DNA from: Escherichia phage EO1 | Reading direction: 5' to 3' (one strand) | DNA: 64,000 bases | Sequence record: OQ223305.1 | Shown: piece by piece, positions 1 to 7,811 of the stretch | Position numbering within the stretch: position 1 is the stretch's first letter | How the letters are laid out: each line of letters starts with the position of its first letter | Notes under the pieces: generated by a model | What the model saw: the letters and a program-made list of their open reading frames with translations, nothing else | What the model was told of the DNA's origin: nothing | The model's database searches: none | Program-made: the position numbers and the translations under genes

Positions 1-60
1 AGACTAAGAAAGCAGTGAGCGCTTGGTTCAGTGGAAAAAATTGTGAAAGAAGTTTCTTTT

Positions 61-125
61 AGTTGTTTACAAGACTGTTCCTCTGTGGTACTATACAACT
101 ATCAACTACGGAGGAACAGAAAATG
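61..125 (+). repeat. 65-bp promoter cassette, copy 1 (copy 2 at 52673-52737)
   Basis: 60 of 65 positions identical between the copies; all 5 differences lie in one 8-bp block of the -10 region. Confidence 0.8.
65..96 (+). promoter_or_regulatory. early promoter cassette (-35 GTTTAC, -10 region GGTACTATAC) flanked by inverted repeat
   Basis: GTTTAC at 65-70; -10 region 87-96; inverted repeat CTGTTCCTC (75-83) / GAGGAACAG (111-119) brackets it. Confidence 0.65.
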
Positions 126-650
126 AACGCTAAAGATATTTTCAACTTGGTAAACTACAATGATGGTAAATTTAAATCTGAAGCACAAAGTAAGTTCTTT
201 AATGACATCTCAATCGGAGGTGAAATCACTGTTGATGGAGGACAAATTTACAAATCCCGTTGGAATTGGATCGTTATTATTGATGAGATTGGTATTGTAG
301 AAATTTACAAAAATACGAATAAAAATCGTACATTACACTGGTCTCGTGATACTAACGAACAGTACAAAAAGGATAAAGCATCTAAGTTATCTCGTGTAAC
401 TCAAGAAGATATTGAGTTCATCAAGAAAGATATTTTGATGTATGATAACTTAATTGCTGAAGAGCAAGCTGTTATTGATAAATTTGATGAGATTAAAGCT
501 TCTCATAAAATTCCTGATTTTATGAAAGAATCAGTAAATGAACGATACACTCTCATTTCAGAGCGTATTGAAACTTACAAAAAGCAAAGAGCTGAACGCC
601 AGAATACTCTTCGGAAGTTTGAAGAACGGTTAAAGACGGTACTCGCATAA
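123..650 (+). CDS. hypothetical early protein, helical/coiled C-terminus (175 aa)
   Basis: ATG 123 lies 6 nt after GGAGG and just downstream of an early promoter; the six-frame ORF 63-650 N-terminal extension is read-through of the promoter. No recognisable domain. Confidence 0.55.
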   Translation: MNAKDIFNLVNYNDGKFKSEAQSKFFNDISIGGEITVDGGQIYKSRWNWIVIIDEIGIVEIYKNTNKNRTLHWSRDTNEQYKKDKASKLSRVTQEDIEFIKKDILMYDNLIAEEQAVIDKFDEIKASHKIPDFMKESVNERYTLISERIETYKKQRAERQNTLRKFEERLKTVLA

Positions 651-705
651 CCGCTTTATACCAAGGATGGTATAATGGTTCTAAGCCCTTTTAATTGAGA
701 TTATT

Positions 706-1113
706 ATGAAACAGCTGATAATTAAAAGATTGAATTTATTGATATGTTGTTTATGTATAGTAATTGCATATGGTTATTACGCAATTAATGATTATATGCA
801 TTATAAAGATTATGATGTTACTGTAGTTAATACCCTTACAGGAACTCAAGGAAAGGGGTCTAGTTTATCGTTTATTGCCGTATATGAACTCAAAGACGGT
901 TATAGATTTAGCGAATATATTTCCCCAGAGATGTATTCATCAATAGAAAAAGGCGATAATATTACTGTAAGTTTACGTCCTTTCGACGTAAAACAGACAC
1001 TGTTTGATAATATTGTTTGGTTCTTTGGAATGGTATTAGTTCAATCTGTGTGTGGTGCTTATATAGTCTGTTCCATCTTATTCTGTATATTTAGTAAAAT
1101 TGAAATTGAGTGA
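706..1113 (+). CDS. hypothetical small membrane protein (135 aa)
   Basis: ORF with hydrophobic N- and C-terminal segments (LLICCLCIVIAYGYY; FFGMVLVQSVCGAYIVCSILFCIF); preceded by a TATAAT-like -10 at 671-676. Confidence 0.5.
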   Translation: MKQLIIKRLNLLICCLCIVIAYGYYAINDYMHYKDYDVTVVNTLTGTQGKGSSLSFIAVYELKDGYRFSEYISPEMYSSIEKGDNITVSLRPFDVKQTLFDNIVWFFGMVLVQSVCGAYIVCSILFCIFSKIEIE

Positions 1114-1120
1114 GGAAAAT

Positions 1121-2008
1121 ATGTCAGTAGTAATTAATAATGTCAATGCAGTAATTAAATCTTTAGTTAATAAAAAATTGAATGAATGGACTGTACTTCG
1201 TCGTGGAGAGCCAGATAAATTTTTTCATAGATTTAACCCAACTTTGGATTTGAATGTTATTGACAGAGATGTTCATACAGAAATTTTAGATAAATTTAAA
1301 GTTGATATTGGATTTGGATTAGAAAAACATTTACAGCGAACAAACGGGTCTGGAATGGGTTTATCTAATCGCATCATGAAAGCCCTTAATAAAATTGGAG
1401 CATTGTCTCGTATTAACGCGAGTGAAATCCTTCGTAATTATAATAAAGGATATGACCTTTATGGCCGACTAATGCCGAAATTGTCATTCGATCAAATGAT
1501 TGCGGATTTGTGGGAAAATCAACGACGATTATTAGCATTAGGCGCTAGATTAGCTAAAGGTCTAGATAAACAAATGATTTTTAAAACTAATAATACAGAA
1601 GACCTTAAATGCTTTAAATTTAGTACTCGTGGAGATGACTATTACATCAGAGCTCACTCTACAGATTATGTCAATATGGGGCATCATCTCTGTTTAGCTT
1701 TTGAAGTTTTAAAAGAAGCCGGAACATTAGAATATTCATCTGGGGCAAAATGCCCGATTGGTTCAAATTGTATTTTAATTTATCGCCCGAATGAATCCAG
1801 TTCAACTAAATTGCCTACAAAACCTGTACCAGTTCGTAGTAACGAAAAACATTCTGAGCAAATTGATTATTTTAATAAGCAAATTGAAGAACTGAATATT
1901 TCTATTCAACAATATGACGATGAAATCTTTAGACTATCTGGATTGAGTAGTAAAGCTAAATCTGAGCGTGAAAAGTTAATTAAAATTGTTGATTTACTTA
2001 AATCTTAA
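1121..2008 (+). CDS. hypothetical protein, member 1 of coiled-coil-tailed ORF array (295 aa)
   Basis: ATG 1121 follows GAGGAA; C-terminal ~45 aa are heptad-like (IEELNISIQQYDDEIFRL...EREKLIKIVDLLKS). Confidence 0.6.
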   Translation: MSVVINNVNAVIKSLVNKKLNEWTVLRRGEPDKFFHRFNPTLDLNVIDRDVHTEILDKFKVDIGFGLEKHLQRTNGSGMGLSNRIMKALNKIGALSRINASEILRNYNKGYDLYGRLMPKLSFDQMIADLWENQRRLLALGARLAKGLDKQMIFKTNNTEDLKCFKFSTRGDDYYIRAHSTDYVNMGHHLCLAFEVLKEAGTLEYSSGAKCPIGSNCILIYRPNESSSTKLPTKPVPVRSNEKHSEQIDYFNKQIEELNISIQQYDDEIFRLSGLSSKAKSEREKLIKIVDLLKS

Positions 2009-2016
2009 GGAATACC

Positions 2017-3036
2017 ATGAAAACTCGTTCTCAAATTGAAGATATGGTTCGTAATGCCAGCTATACCCGTAATGTTATGACATTTTTGTGCCAAAATAAT
2101 TTAGACCCTGATAGAGTTAATAGTTCCATTCACTTTAAGTATATGAATAGCAGTGAATGGTTACGTCATTTTAGTAAAGCGGGATATATTACACAAATGA
2201 CTGCTCGTGAGCAGCTCACCGATTTCTGTAAAACTATTGATTATAAAAATCCTCTATTTGTTCAAGGCGTTGGTCAGAGTAAGGTTGATTTATCAACAGG
2301 ATTTTTTAATCCAAATCATTATCGTATTGAATGGAGATTTATTGCTCTATTCCGTAAACAATTAAAGCAAATTTTGTCTACTGCTAGTCGATTAAAAGGT
2401 TCTGACATTAACTTAAAGAACCTGAAATTCGATGGTTATACTCTTCAGATGGAAGTAAGACCATTAAAAGAAAATAATAGAACTGCACGAATTAGCTTTA
2501 AACCTAATACAAAAAATTCTCTTTCAATTTGTGAATGCCTTAAATCACAGTTGACAGAAGCATTTAAGTATATGGATGTTGTTGCCGCTGTTCATTCTAA
2601 GATTTTACCTCATTTTGAGCGAAATTGGGAACATACAACAACGTATGAACTTGATATGATCGTTTCATTTAAATACGATTTTTTGAGAAAGGATGAAGTC
2701 CCGCAAGAGAAAAAGCAGGAAGTACAAGATAACTTAAATTTATCTAATTGCTCATCAAACTATCCTAAATTTTGGATGTATAGCTCAGGTAATGAGGATG
2801 CATGGAAATTCAATAAAGTGAATTTTCTTCCTGTTGAAAATCCGAGTCTTAAACCTGTTGAAAAATGGCACGCGGATGCGATTGAGAAGTCTCTTAAGGC
2901 AGTAGATGATGAACTCGTTAAAGCGACCAATGAAGTGCTAGAAGCTGAAAAGATGCTAGAAAAAGCACAAGAAAAAGTCAAAAATCTTACGAAGCAACGT
3001 TCTAAACTGAACAGTGCACTAAATGCACTGAACTAG
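2017..3036 (+). CDS. hypothetical protein, member 2 of coiled-coil-tailed ORF array (339 aa)
   Basis: ATG 2017 follows TAAGGA; C-terminus LVKATNEVLEAEKMLEKAQEKVKNLTKQRSKLNSALNALN is strongly heptad/charged. Confidence 0.6.
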   Translation: MKTRSQIEDMVRNASYTRNVMTFLCQNNLDPDRVNSSIHFKYMNSSEWLRHFSKAGYITQMTAREQLTDFCKTIDYKNPLFVQGVGQSKVDLSTGFFNPNHYRIEWRFIALFRKQLKQILSTASRLKGSDINLKNLKFDGYTLQMEVRPLKENNRTARISFKPNTKNSLSICECLKSQLTEAFKYMDVVAAVHSKILPHFERNWEHTTTYELDMIVSFKYDFLRKDEVPQEKKQEVQDNLNLSNCSSNYPKFWMYSSGNEDAWKFNKVNFLPVENPSLKPVEKWHADAIEKSLKAVDDELVKATNEVLEAEKMLEKAQEKVKNLTKQRSKLNSALNALN

Positions 3037-3065
3037 TTTACTTTGCCACAAGGATGTGGTATAAT
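3036..3065 (+). promoter_or_regulatory. early promoter cassette (GTTTAC, CCACAAGGATGTGG hairpin, TATAAT)
   Basis: GTTTAC 3036-3041, inverted repeat CCACA/TGTGG 3046-3059, TATAAT 3060-3065; 18-bp spacer; drives ORF at 3094. Confidence 0.65.
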
Positions 3066-3093
3066 GTTCTTACTTTCTACTGAGGAGATTAAT

Positions 3094-4095
3094 ATGACTC
3101 GTAACGAATATATCAAATCATTCAATAGAGTTATTGATGATAAAGTTAAACCCATGTCTAGTCAGAACGCTGTTCTTTCTATTATCAATCAATGGCTCAG
3201 CAGTATTGATGCAAGTATTGTTTCTTCCAGTAAATTTATTCATGAAGTTCGTGAAATTTCTAGCCGTGTAGATAAAGATGATATTAAGATAATCTTTAAA
3301 GGGTCTCGTCTTCTTTCATATTTAGTTAATCGGGATATTCTTGGTAATTTTGGGAAAGAAATTAAACGAACCAAAGATGTAATAGGATACAATTGGTTCG
3401 GTGATGTTAATTCTTATCATCTTAATAATAAAGAAGACCCTGAGAATATTTTTACTCGTCGTTGGATTAGTAATTTCAGACTTTTTAAAGGACAAATTCT
3501 AAAATCAGCTTCTAAATTATGTTATGGCGATTATCGTCAAATTCATCCTTTGGCTTCTGATATGATTATCGTAAAAGAATATGAGCTTGATAAAAATAAA
3601 GTAGCTATTTTTGTGAATTACGAATTTTTTACACCAAACGCTAACCAAAAGAATATTAATAAATTTTTCTCAATTGCTAGCACTATAACTCATCAATTAG
3701 AGACGGCTTTGGATTGTATGGAAACTGTAAAAAGTATTCATACTTATCCTTTTAAGAATATGTGTGGTTGGGAAGGATACAAAATTGTAGTTAGTCTTCG
3801 TGAAGTGAAATGTGCTTATTCACCTACTGATAAAGAAATTTATCAACAAAAATGTGAGGAAATTGTGAATACTCCTAAAGAAGAAACTACCCTTGAGGAA
3901 CTAATGGAATGTCTTGATGATTCACCTGAACCGGTAGAAATTCGTCCAGAAGTTATTGCATTAGAAAAAGCTTATAAAGAAGTTCTAGAAATTTCTAATA
4001 AAGCGCAGAAAGAATACGAGCAGGCTAAAAAGATTTGGGAAGAATCTGTCAATCGCTTGGATCGTCTTGAACAAGCTTTACAGTTAATTAAGTAA
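3094..4095 (+). CDS. hypothetical protein, member 3 of coiled-coil-tailed ORF array (333 aa)
   Basis: ATG 3094 follows GAGGAG and its own promoter cassette (3036-3065); the six-frame start at 3043 is a TTG inside the promoter. C-terminal coiled coil (EKAYKEVLEISNKAQKEYEQAKKIWEESVNRLDRLEQALQLIK). Confidence 0.6.
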   Translation: MTRNEYIKSFNRVIDDKVKPMSSQNAVLSIINQWLSSIDASIVSSSKFIHEVREISSRVDKDDIKIIFKGSRLLSYLVNRDILGNFGKEIKRTKDVIGYNWFGDVNSYHLNNKEDPENIFTRRWISNFRLFKGQILKSASKLCYGDYRQIHPLASDMIIVKEYELDKNKVAIFVNYEFFTPNANQKNINKFFSIASTITHQLETALDCMETVKSIHTYPFKNMCGWEGYKIVVSLREVKCAYSPTDKEIYQQKCEEIVNTPKEETTLEELMECLDDSPEPVEIRPEVIALEKAYKEVLEISNKAQKEYEQAKKIWEESVNRLDRLEQALQLIK

Positions 4096-4147
4096 TTTAA
4101 AGCCAAGGATGGCTCGGAGCATAAATCATTAACCAAGTGAGAAGAAC

Positions 4148-5074
4148 ATGAAAACTCGTAAACATTATATTGATTATTTTGACAGTCTTATTACTAAACA
4201 TCGTAATTATCAGATAGGACACAGAGCAGTAATCAATAATATTCTTCGTGATTTTTTAGACTATATTGGATGGGAAAACCATATTTGTAAAGATACACAA
4301 AATGCGTATTCACATTCTCTTGGTTCTTTGCTCGAGTGGTTCAAACGTTCCCGATTACTATCTTCTGTGATAGCTGTTAATAATGTTAAAAAATTTATGT
4401 ATCCAAGCTACATTAAGACTAATGTATCAAATGCTAGTGTTGTTACATTTAATATTATTAACGACGTGAAAAGAACTTATTTAGAAGAATGGTTTTCTAA
4501 AGATAGTAAAGAAAAATTTGCCAGTGAATTTTCACACGAATTCAATAATAACGTGAATATGCTTTTTAAGCATTCTCGTAGACTGTTTTGTCATGGTGAT
4601 AATCGTACTATTAATGTGAATGTAAAAGACTGGGTTACGGCTAAATTCACTCCATCGTCCCAGAATGGACAATTTGATTTGTCAATTATCATTTGTGCTC
4701 CGCATGAGATATATAAAAATCTTCCGTATATGAAACCACGCGAAGCTAATAAACACAATGAAACTATTAGTTCTTTGTCTTATAATTTGCATGAGTTATT
4801 ATCTAATATGGATGTAGTTAAATCATTTGATGATAATACGAATTATGGTCTTTCACTGTTTGAAACTAAATTTGTTATTAAGTTAAAGGACCCTAGTGAA
4901 TTTAAATCTGCACCAAAACCTAATCATGGGAATGATACTATGAAAGAAGAACGTGAATATCTCAATGCCCGTTTGATTGAAGTTGAAAAACAAATTGAAG
5001 AGCATACTAAAGTTCTTAAGGCTTTAACCGCCAAAGCAAATGGTTTACGTAATGCTATTGAGGTATTGAAATGA
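4148..5074 (+). CDS. hypothetical protein, member 4 of coiled-coil-tailed ORF array (308 aa)
   Basis: ATG 4148; C-terminus [42 protein letters not shown]; stop overlaps next ATG (ATGA). Confidence 0.6.
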   Translation: MKTRKHYIDYFDSLITKHRNYQIGHRAVINNILRDFLDYIGWENHICKDTQNAYSHSLGSLLEWFKRSRLLSSVIAVNNVKKFMYPSYIKTNVSNASVVTFNIINDVKRTYLEEWFSKDSKEKFASEFSHEFNNNVNMLFKHSRRLFCHGDNRTINVNVKDWVTAKFTPSSQNGQFDLSIIICAPHEIYKNLPYMKPREANKHNETISSLSYNLHELLSNMDVVKSFDDNTNYGLSLFETKFVIKLKDPSEFKSAPKPNHGNDTMKEEREYLNARLIEVEKQIEEHTKVLKALTAKANGLRNAIEVLK

Positions 5075-5460
5075 AAAAGCGTTTATTAGAAGACATTGCA
5101 GCTTCAAGTAATTCCAGTCTAATTAAAATTATTATGGCTGGTGAAGAAGACGATTTGGAAATGCGTGGAAAGATTCACGGCTGCGACGATTTAGATTTTA
5201 AACCTCCAGCATGGGATGCTATTATGGCTATGGTTGAACGGCGTGAAAGAGCTTCTAAAAACGTTCCTAATTGCCCTGAATGCGGTACTGAACAAGTTCA
5301 ATTGATTAACTGGCGTAAACCAGAGCTTGAATATAAATGCCGTCAATGTAAACATAAATTCAGTAAGCATGCTCCGGAAATGGTTAAATTGCCTGACTCT
5401 ACTGAGTTCTTTAAAGAACTTGTGAGTGTTCAACCAATGCCTAATAATATTTTGGATTAA
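5071..5460 (+). CDS. hypothetical zinc-ribbon protein (129 aa)
   Basis: Paired Cys motifs CPECG...CRQC typical of a zinc ribbon; translationally coupled to the upstream ORF. Confidence 0.5.
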   Translation: MKKRLLEDIAASSNSSLIKIIMAGEEDDLEMRGKIHGCDDLDFKPPAWDAIMAMVERRERASKNVPNCPECGTEQVQLINWRKPELEYKCRQCKHKFSKHAPEMVKLPDSTEFFKELVSVQPMPNNILD

Positions 5461-5462
5461 AA

Positions 5463-5705
5463 ATGACCAAGCGTAAAGAATATATGGAGGCTGCTGAAAA
5501 GGCAGTCCGTGAATTAGCAATAGCTTATTATAATGAACATGGTAAATTTCCTGATAGATACAGCGTGCTTAAATCTGCTTTAACTCGTTCATATAAAAAT
5601 ATGCTATCAGAAGTAAGTGATATTATATACAAACATAAAGAACAAACGGGCCAAAGTCTTGATTACGACGAGACTTTTAAACAAGTACTAGGAATTAAGG
5701 AATAA
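5463..5705 (+). CDS. hypothetical protein (80 aa)
   Basis: ORF immediately upstream of nrdC, typical T4-like tight packing. Confidence 0.45.
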   Translation: MTKRKEYMEAAEKAVRELAIAYYNEHGKFPDRYSVLKSALTRSYKNMLSEVSDIIYKHKEQTGQSLDYDETFKQVLGIKE

Positions 5706-5706
5706 T

Positions 5707-5970
5707 ATGTTTAAAGTATATGGTTATGATAGCAACATCCATAAATGTGTGTATTGTGATAATGCAAAACGTCTTTTGACCGTGAAGAAACAGCCGTTTG
5801 AATTTATCAACATTATGCCGGAAAAAGGTGTTTTTGATGATGAGAAAATCGCTGAGCTTCTGACTAAACTAGGTCGTGATACTCAAATCGGCTTGACAAT
5901 GCCCCAGGTATTTGCTCCTGATGGAAGTCATATTGGTGGATTTGACCAACTGCGAGAATATTTTAAATGA
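5707..5970 (+). CDS. nrdC: phage thioredoxin/glutaredoxin NrdC (87 aa)
   Basis: N-terminus MFKVYGYDSNIHKCVYCDNAKRLL with CVYC redox motif matches T4 NrdC as recalled; 87 aa as in T4. Confidence 0.85.
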   Translation: MFKVYGYDSNIHKCVYCDNAKRLLTVKKQPFEFINIMPEKGVFDDEKIAELLTKLGRDTQIGLTMPQVFAPDGSHIGGFDQLREYFK

Positions 5971-6182
5971 TGCTCGAAGGAACTGACTATATTCATGATT
6001 ACCGCGGAAGCGCGGTATATGTAGGTGATGAAGTTGCAGTTTATTATGGGTATGGAACTTTGATGACAGCCAAGGTTATTCAAATTAAAAATAATCGTGC
6101 TAAACTCGAAGTTTATTATTCTAATGGTGAAAAGTCTATTTCTAAGTGGAAATACGGCGATTGTATGGTTAAATTGGGGTAA
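5967..6182 (+). CDS. hypothetical protein (71 aa)
   Basis: ATG overlaps nrdC stop (ATGA); ORF only. Confidence 0.4.
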   Translation: MMLEGTDYIHDYRGSAVYVGDEVAVYYGYGTLMTAKVIQIKNNRAKLEVYYSNGEKSISKWKYGDCMVKLG

Positions 6183-6184
6183 AT

Positions 6185-6355
6185 ATGATTTACGATATTA
6201 GTGTATCAAGAACTCCGTCAATGGTTACTATTCCAGCCGAAGAACTAGATCGTCTTCAGAAAATTGAAGAACTTCTTTGGGAAATTGAATGTGCCCTGCC
6301 ATCAGGACTAGAATCCTGGATTGACGATGAAGAACTTAATAAATTGCGAAATTAA
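6185..6355 (+). CDS. hypothetical protein (56 aa)
   Basis: Short ORF, acidic C-terminus; below the six-frame track length cut-off. Confidence 0.3.
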   Translation: MIYDISVSRTPSMVTIPAEELDRLQKIEELLWEIECALPSGLESWIDDEELNKLRN

Positions 6356-6365
6356 TTGGTGAAAA

Positions 6366-6686
6366 ATGACTATTGAAAATAAATTAGATGTTGATGCAGT
6401 TCTGAGCGAAATCATTGAAGACCATGATGCATTTTCGGAAAACTATGATTTCGATTTTTCCGATTATCTTAAACCTGTCGAAATAGAAGACTGGGTGCAA
6501 GATGGTAAATGCCAATATCGTCAGTGTGTTTACTTTAGTCCAAAACATAATGTACATGTAGCGGTAAATGAATCTCGGTCAGGTTCTTATCATTCTGACT
6601 GGTATTATGCAGTTCCGACTGTTGAACTAGTCGAGCCCCGTGAACGTGTAGTAACTCAGATAGTACGAGAATGGATTACGCTATAA
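6366..6686 (+). CDS. hypothetical protein (106 aa)
   Basis: ORF with start 4 nt after GGTGAAAA; no recognisable motif. Confidence 0.45.
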   Translation: MTIENKLDVDAVLSEIIEDHDAFSENYDFDFSDYLKPVEIEDWVQDGKCQYRQCVYFSPKHNVHVAVNESRSGSYHSDWYYAVPTVELVEPRERVVTQIVREWITL

Positions 6687-6809
6687 AACCTTGGTGGGCG
6701 GCTAGATGGGAAACTGTAGAGCCAGAGCTGGAAGAACCGGTTTACACTGATGAAGAAACAGTATATAATGAACCAACGATAAATGACTTAATTGATATGG
6801 AGATGGGAC

Positions 6810-7295
6810 ATGATTACAGTAGATAAGTGGTTTAGAATTAATCGTGCTGATACGGGGCTGTGTAATTACTGGCCGGAACTTAGTGCAGGTACTGTCTTTA
6901 AAGTTCGTGAACTTGCAAAAGAATGTGAAGATGATATAGAGCCTGACACTGGAATTATTGAAATTGAACTTTCTGATGGAAAGATTATTAACATCTACGA
7001 TAAGCCAATTACGTATTGGTGCTTGTGGAATACTGAATCAGTCGAAAATGGCGAAATTGAAGAAGTTGTAGAGCGAACTAATCAAGTTGTTCAGAAGCCT
7101 AAAGCCGATTTTCAAGGTGAACGTATTTCATACGCATTAGCTAAATTAGCTGCGCAAGAAAATAACGATGGCTATGAAGGTAACCTGATGCAAGCTGCCG
7201 CAGAATACATTGAATGGCTTGAAACTCAAATTTCTTTTTCTGACCAAAAGATTCGGCAATATAAGCGATTGAATCAAATGTTTTACAATACTTGA
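6810..7295 (+). CDS. pin: Pin-like protein (protease inhibitor position, 161 aa)
   Basis: ATG 6810 follows GGAG; 161 aa and position between nrdC and gene 49 match T4 pin. Assignment is by size and synteny only. Confidence 0.45.
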   Translation: MITVDKWFRINRADTGLCNYWPELSAGTVFKVRELAKECEDDIEPDTGIIEIELSDGKIINIYDKPITYWCLWNTESVENGEIEEVVERTNQVVQKPKADFQGERISYALAKLAAQENNDGYEGNLMQAAAEYIEWLETQISFSDQKIRQYKRLNQMFYNT

Positions 7296-7307
7296 AAATA
7301 ATAAATA

Positions 7308-7337
7308 CCCTTATCTATTTAAGGTAAGGGTTTTATT
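7308..7337 (+). terminator. rho-independent terminator after the pin-like ORF
   Basis: Stem CCCTTA (7308-7313) / TAAGGG (7325-7330) followed by TTTTATT. Confidence 0.55.
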
Positions 7338-7811
7338 ATGTTATTGACTGGCAAATTATATAAAGAAGAAAAACAGAAATTTTATGATGCACAAAACGGT
7401 AAATGCTTAATTTGCCAACGAGAACTAAATCCTGATGTTCAAGCTAATCACCTTGACCATGACCATGAATTAAATGGACCAAAAGCAGGAAAGGTACGTG
7501 GATTGCTTTGTAATCTCTGCAATGCCGCAGAAGGTCAAATGAAGCATAAATTTAATCGTTCTGGCTTAAAGGGACAAGGTGTTGATTATCTTGAATGGTT
7601 AGAAAATTTACTTACTTATTTAAAATCCGATTACACCCAAAATAATATTCACCCTAACTTTGTTGGAGATAAATCAAAGGAATTTTCTCGTTTAGGAAAA
7701 GAGGAAATGATGGCCGAGATGCTTCAAAGAGGATTTGAATATAATGAATCTGACACTAAAACACAATTAATAGCTTCATTTAAGAAGCAGCTTAGAAAGA
7801 GTTTAAAATGA
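7338..7811 (+). CDS. 49: endonuclease VII (Holliday junction resolvase), gp49
   Basis: 157 aa; MLLTGKLYKEEKQKFYDAQNGKCLICQRELNPDVQANHLDHDHEL matches T4 endo VII as recalled. Confidence 0.85.
   Translation: MLLTGKLYKEEKQKFYDAQNGKCLICQRELNPDVQANHLDHDHELNGPKAGKVRGLLCNLCNAAEGQMKHKFNRSGLKGQGVDYLEWLENLLTYLKSDYTQNNIHPNFVGDKSKEFSRLGKEEMMAEMLQRGFEYNESDTKTQLIASFKKQLRKSLK

Noticed and set aside
63-122. N-terminal extensions of six-frame ORFs (63-650 MFTRLFLCGTIQLSTTEEQK..., also 25794-25850 and 52600-52734) that look like a conserved peptide
   Set aside because: They are translations of the repeated promoter cassettes; the real starts are the SD-preceded ATGs at 123, 25851 and 52735.
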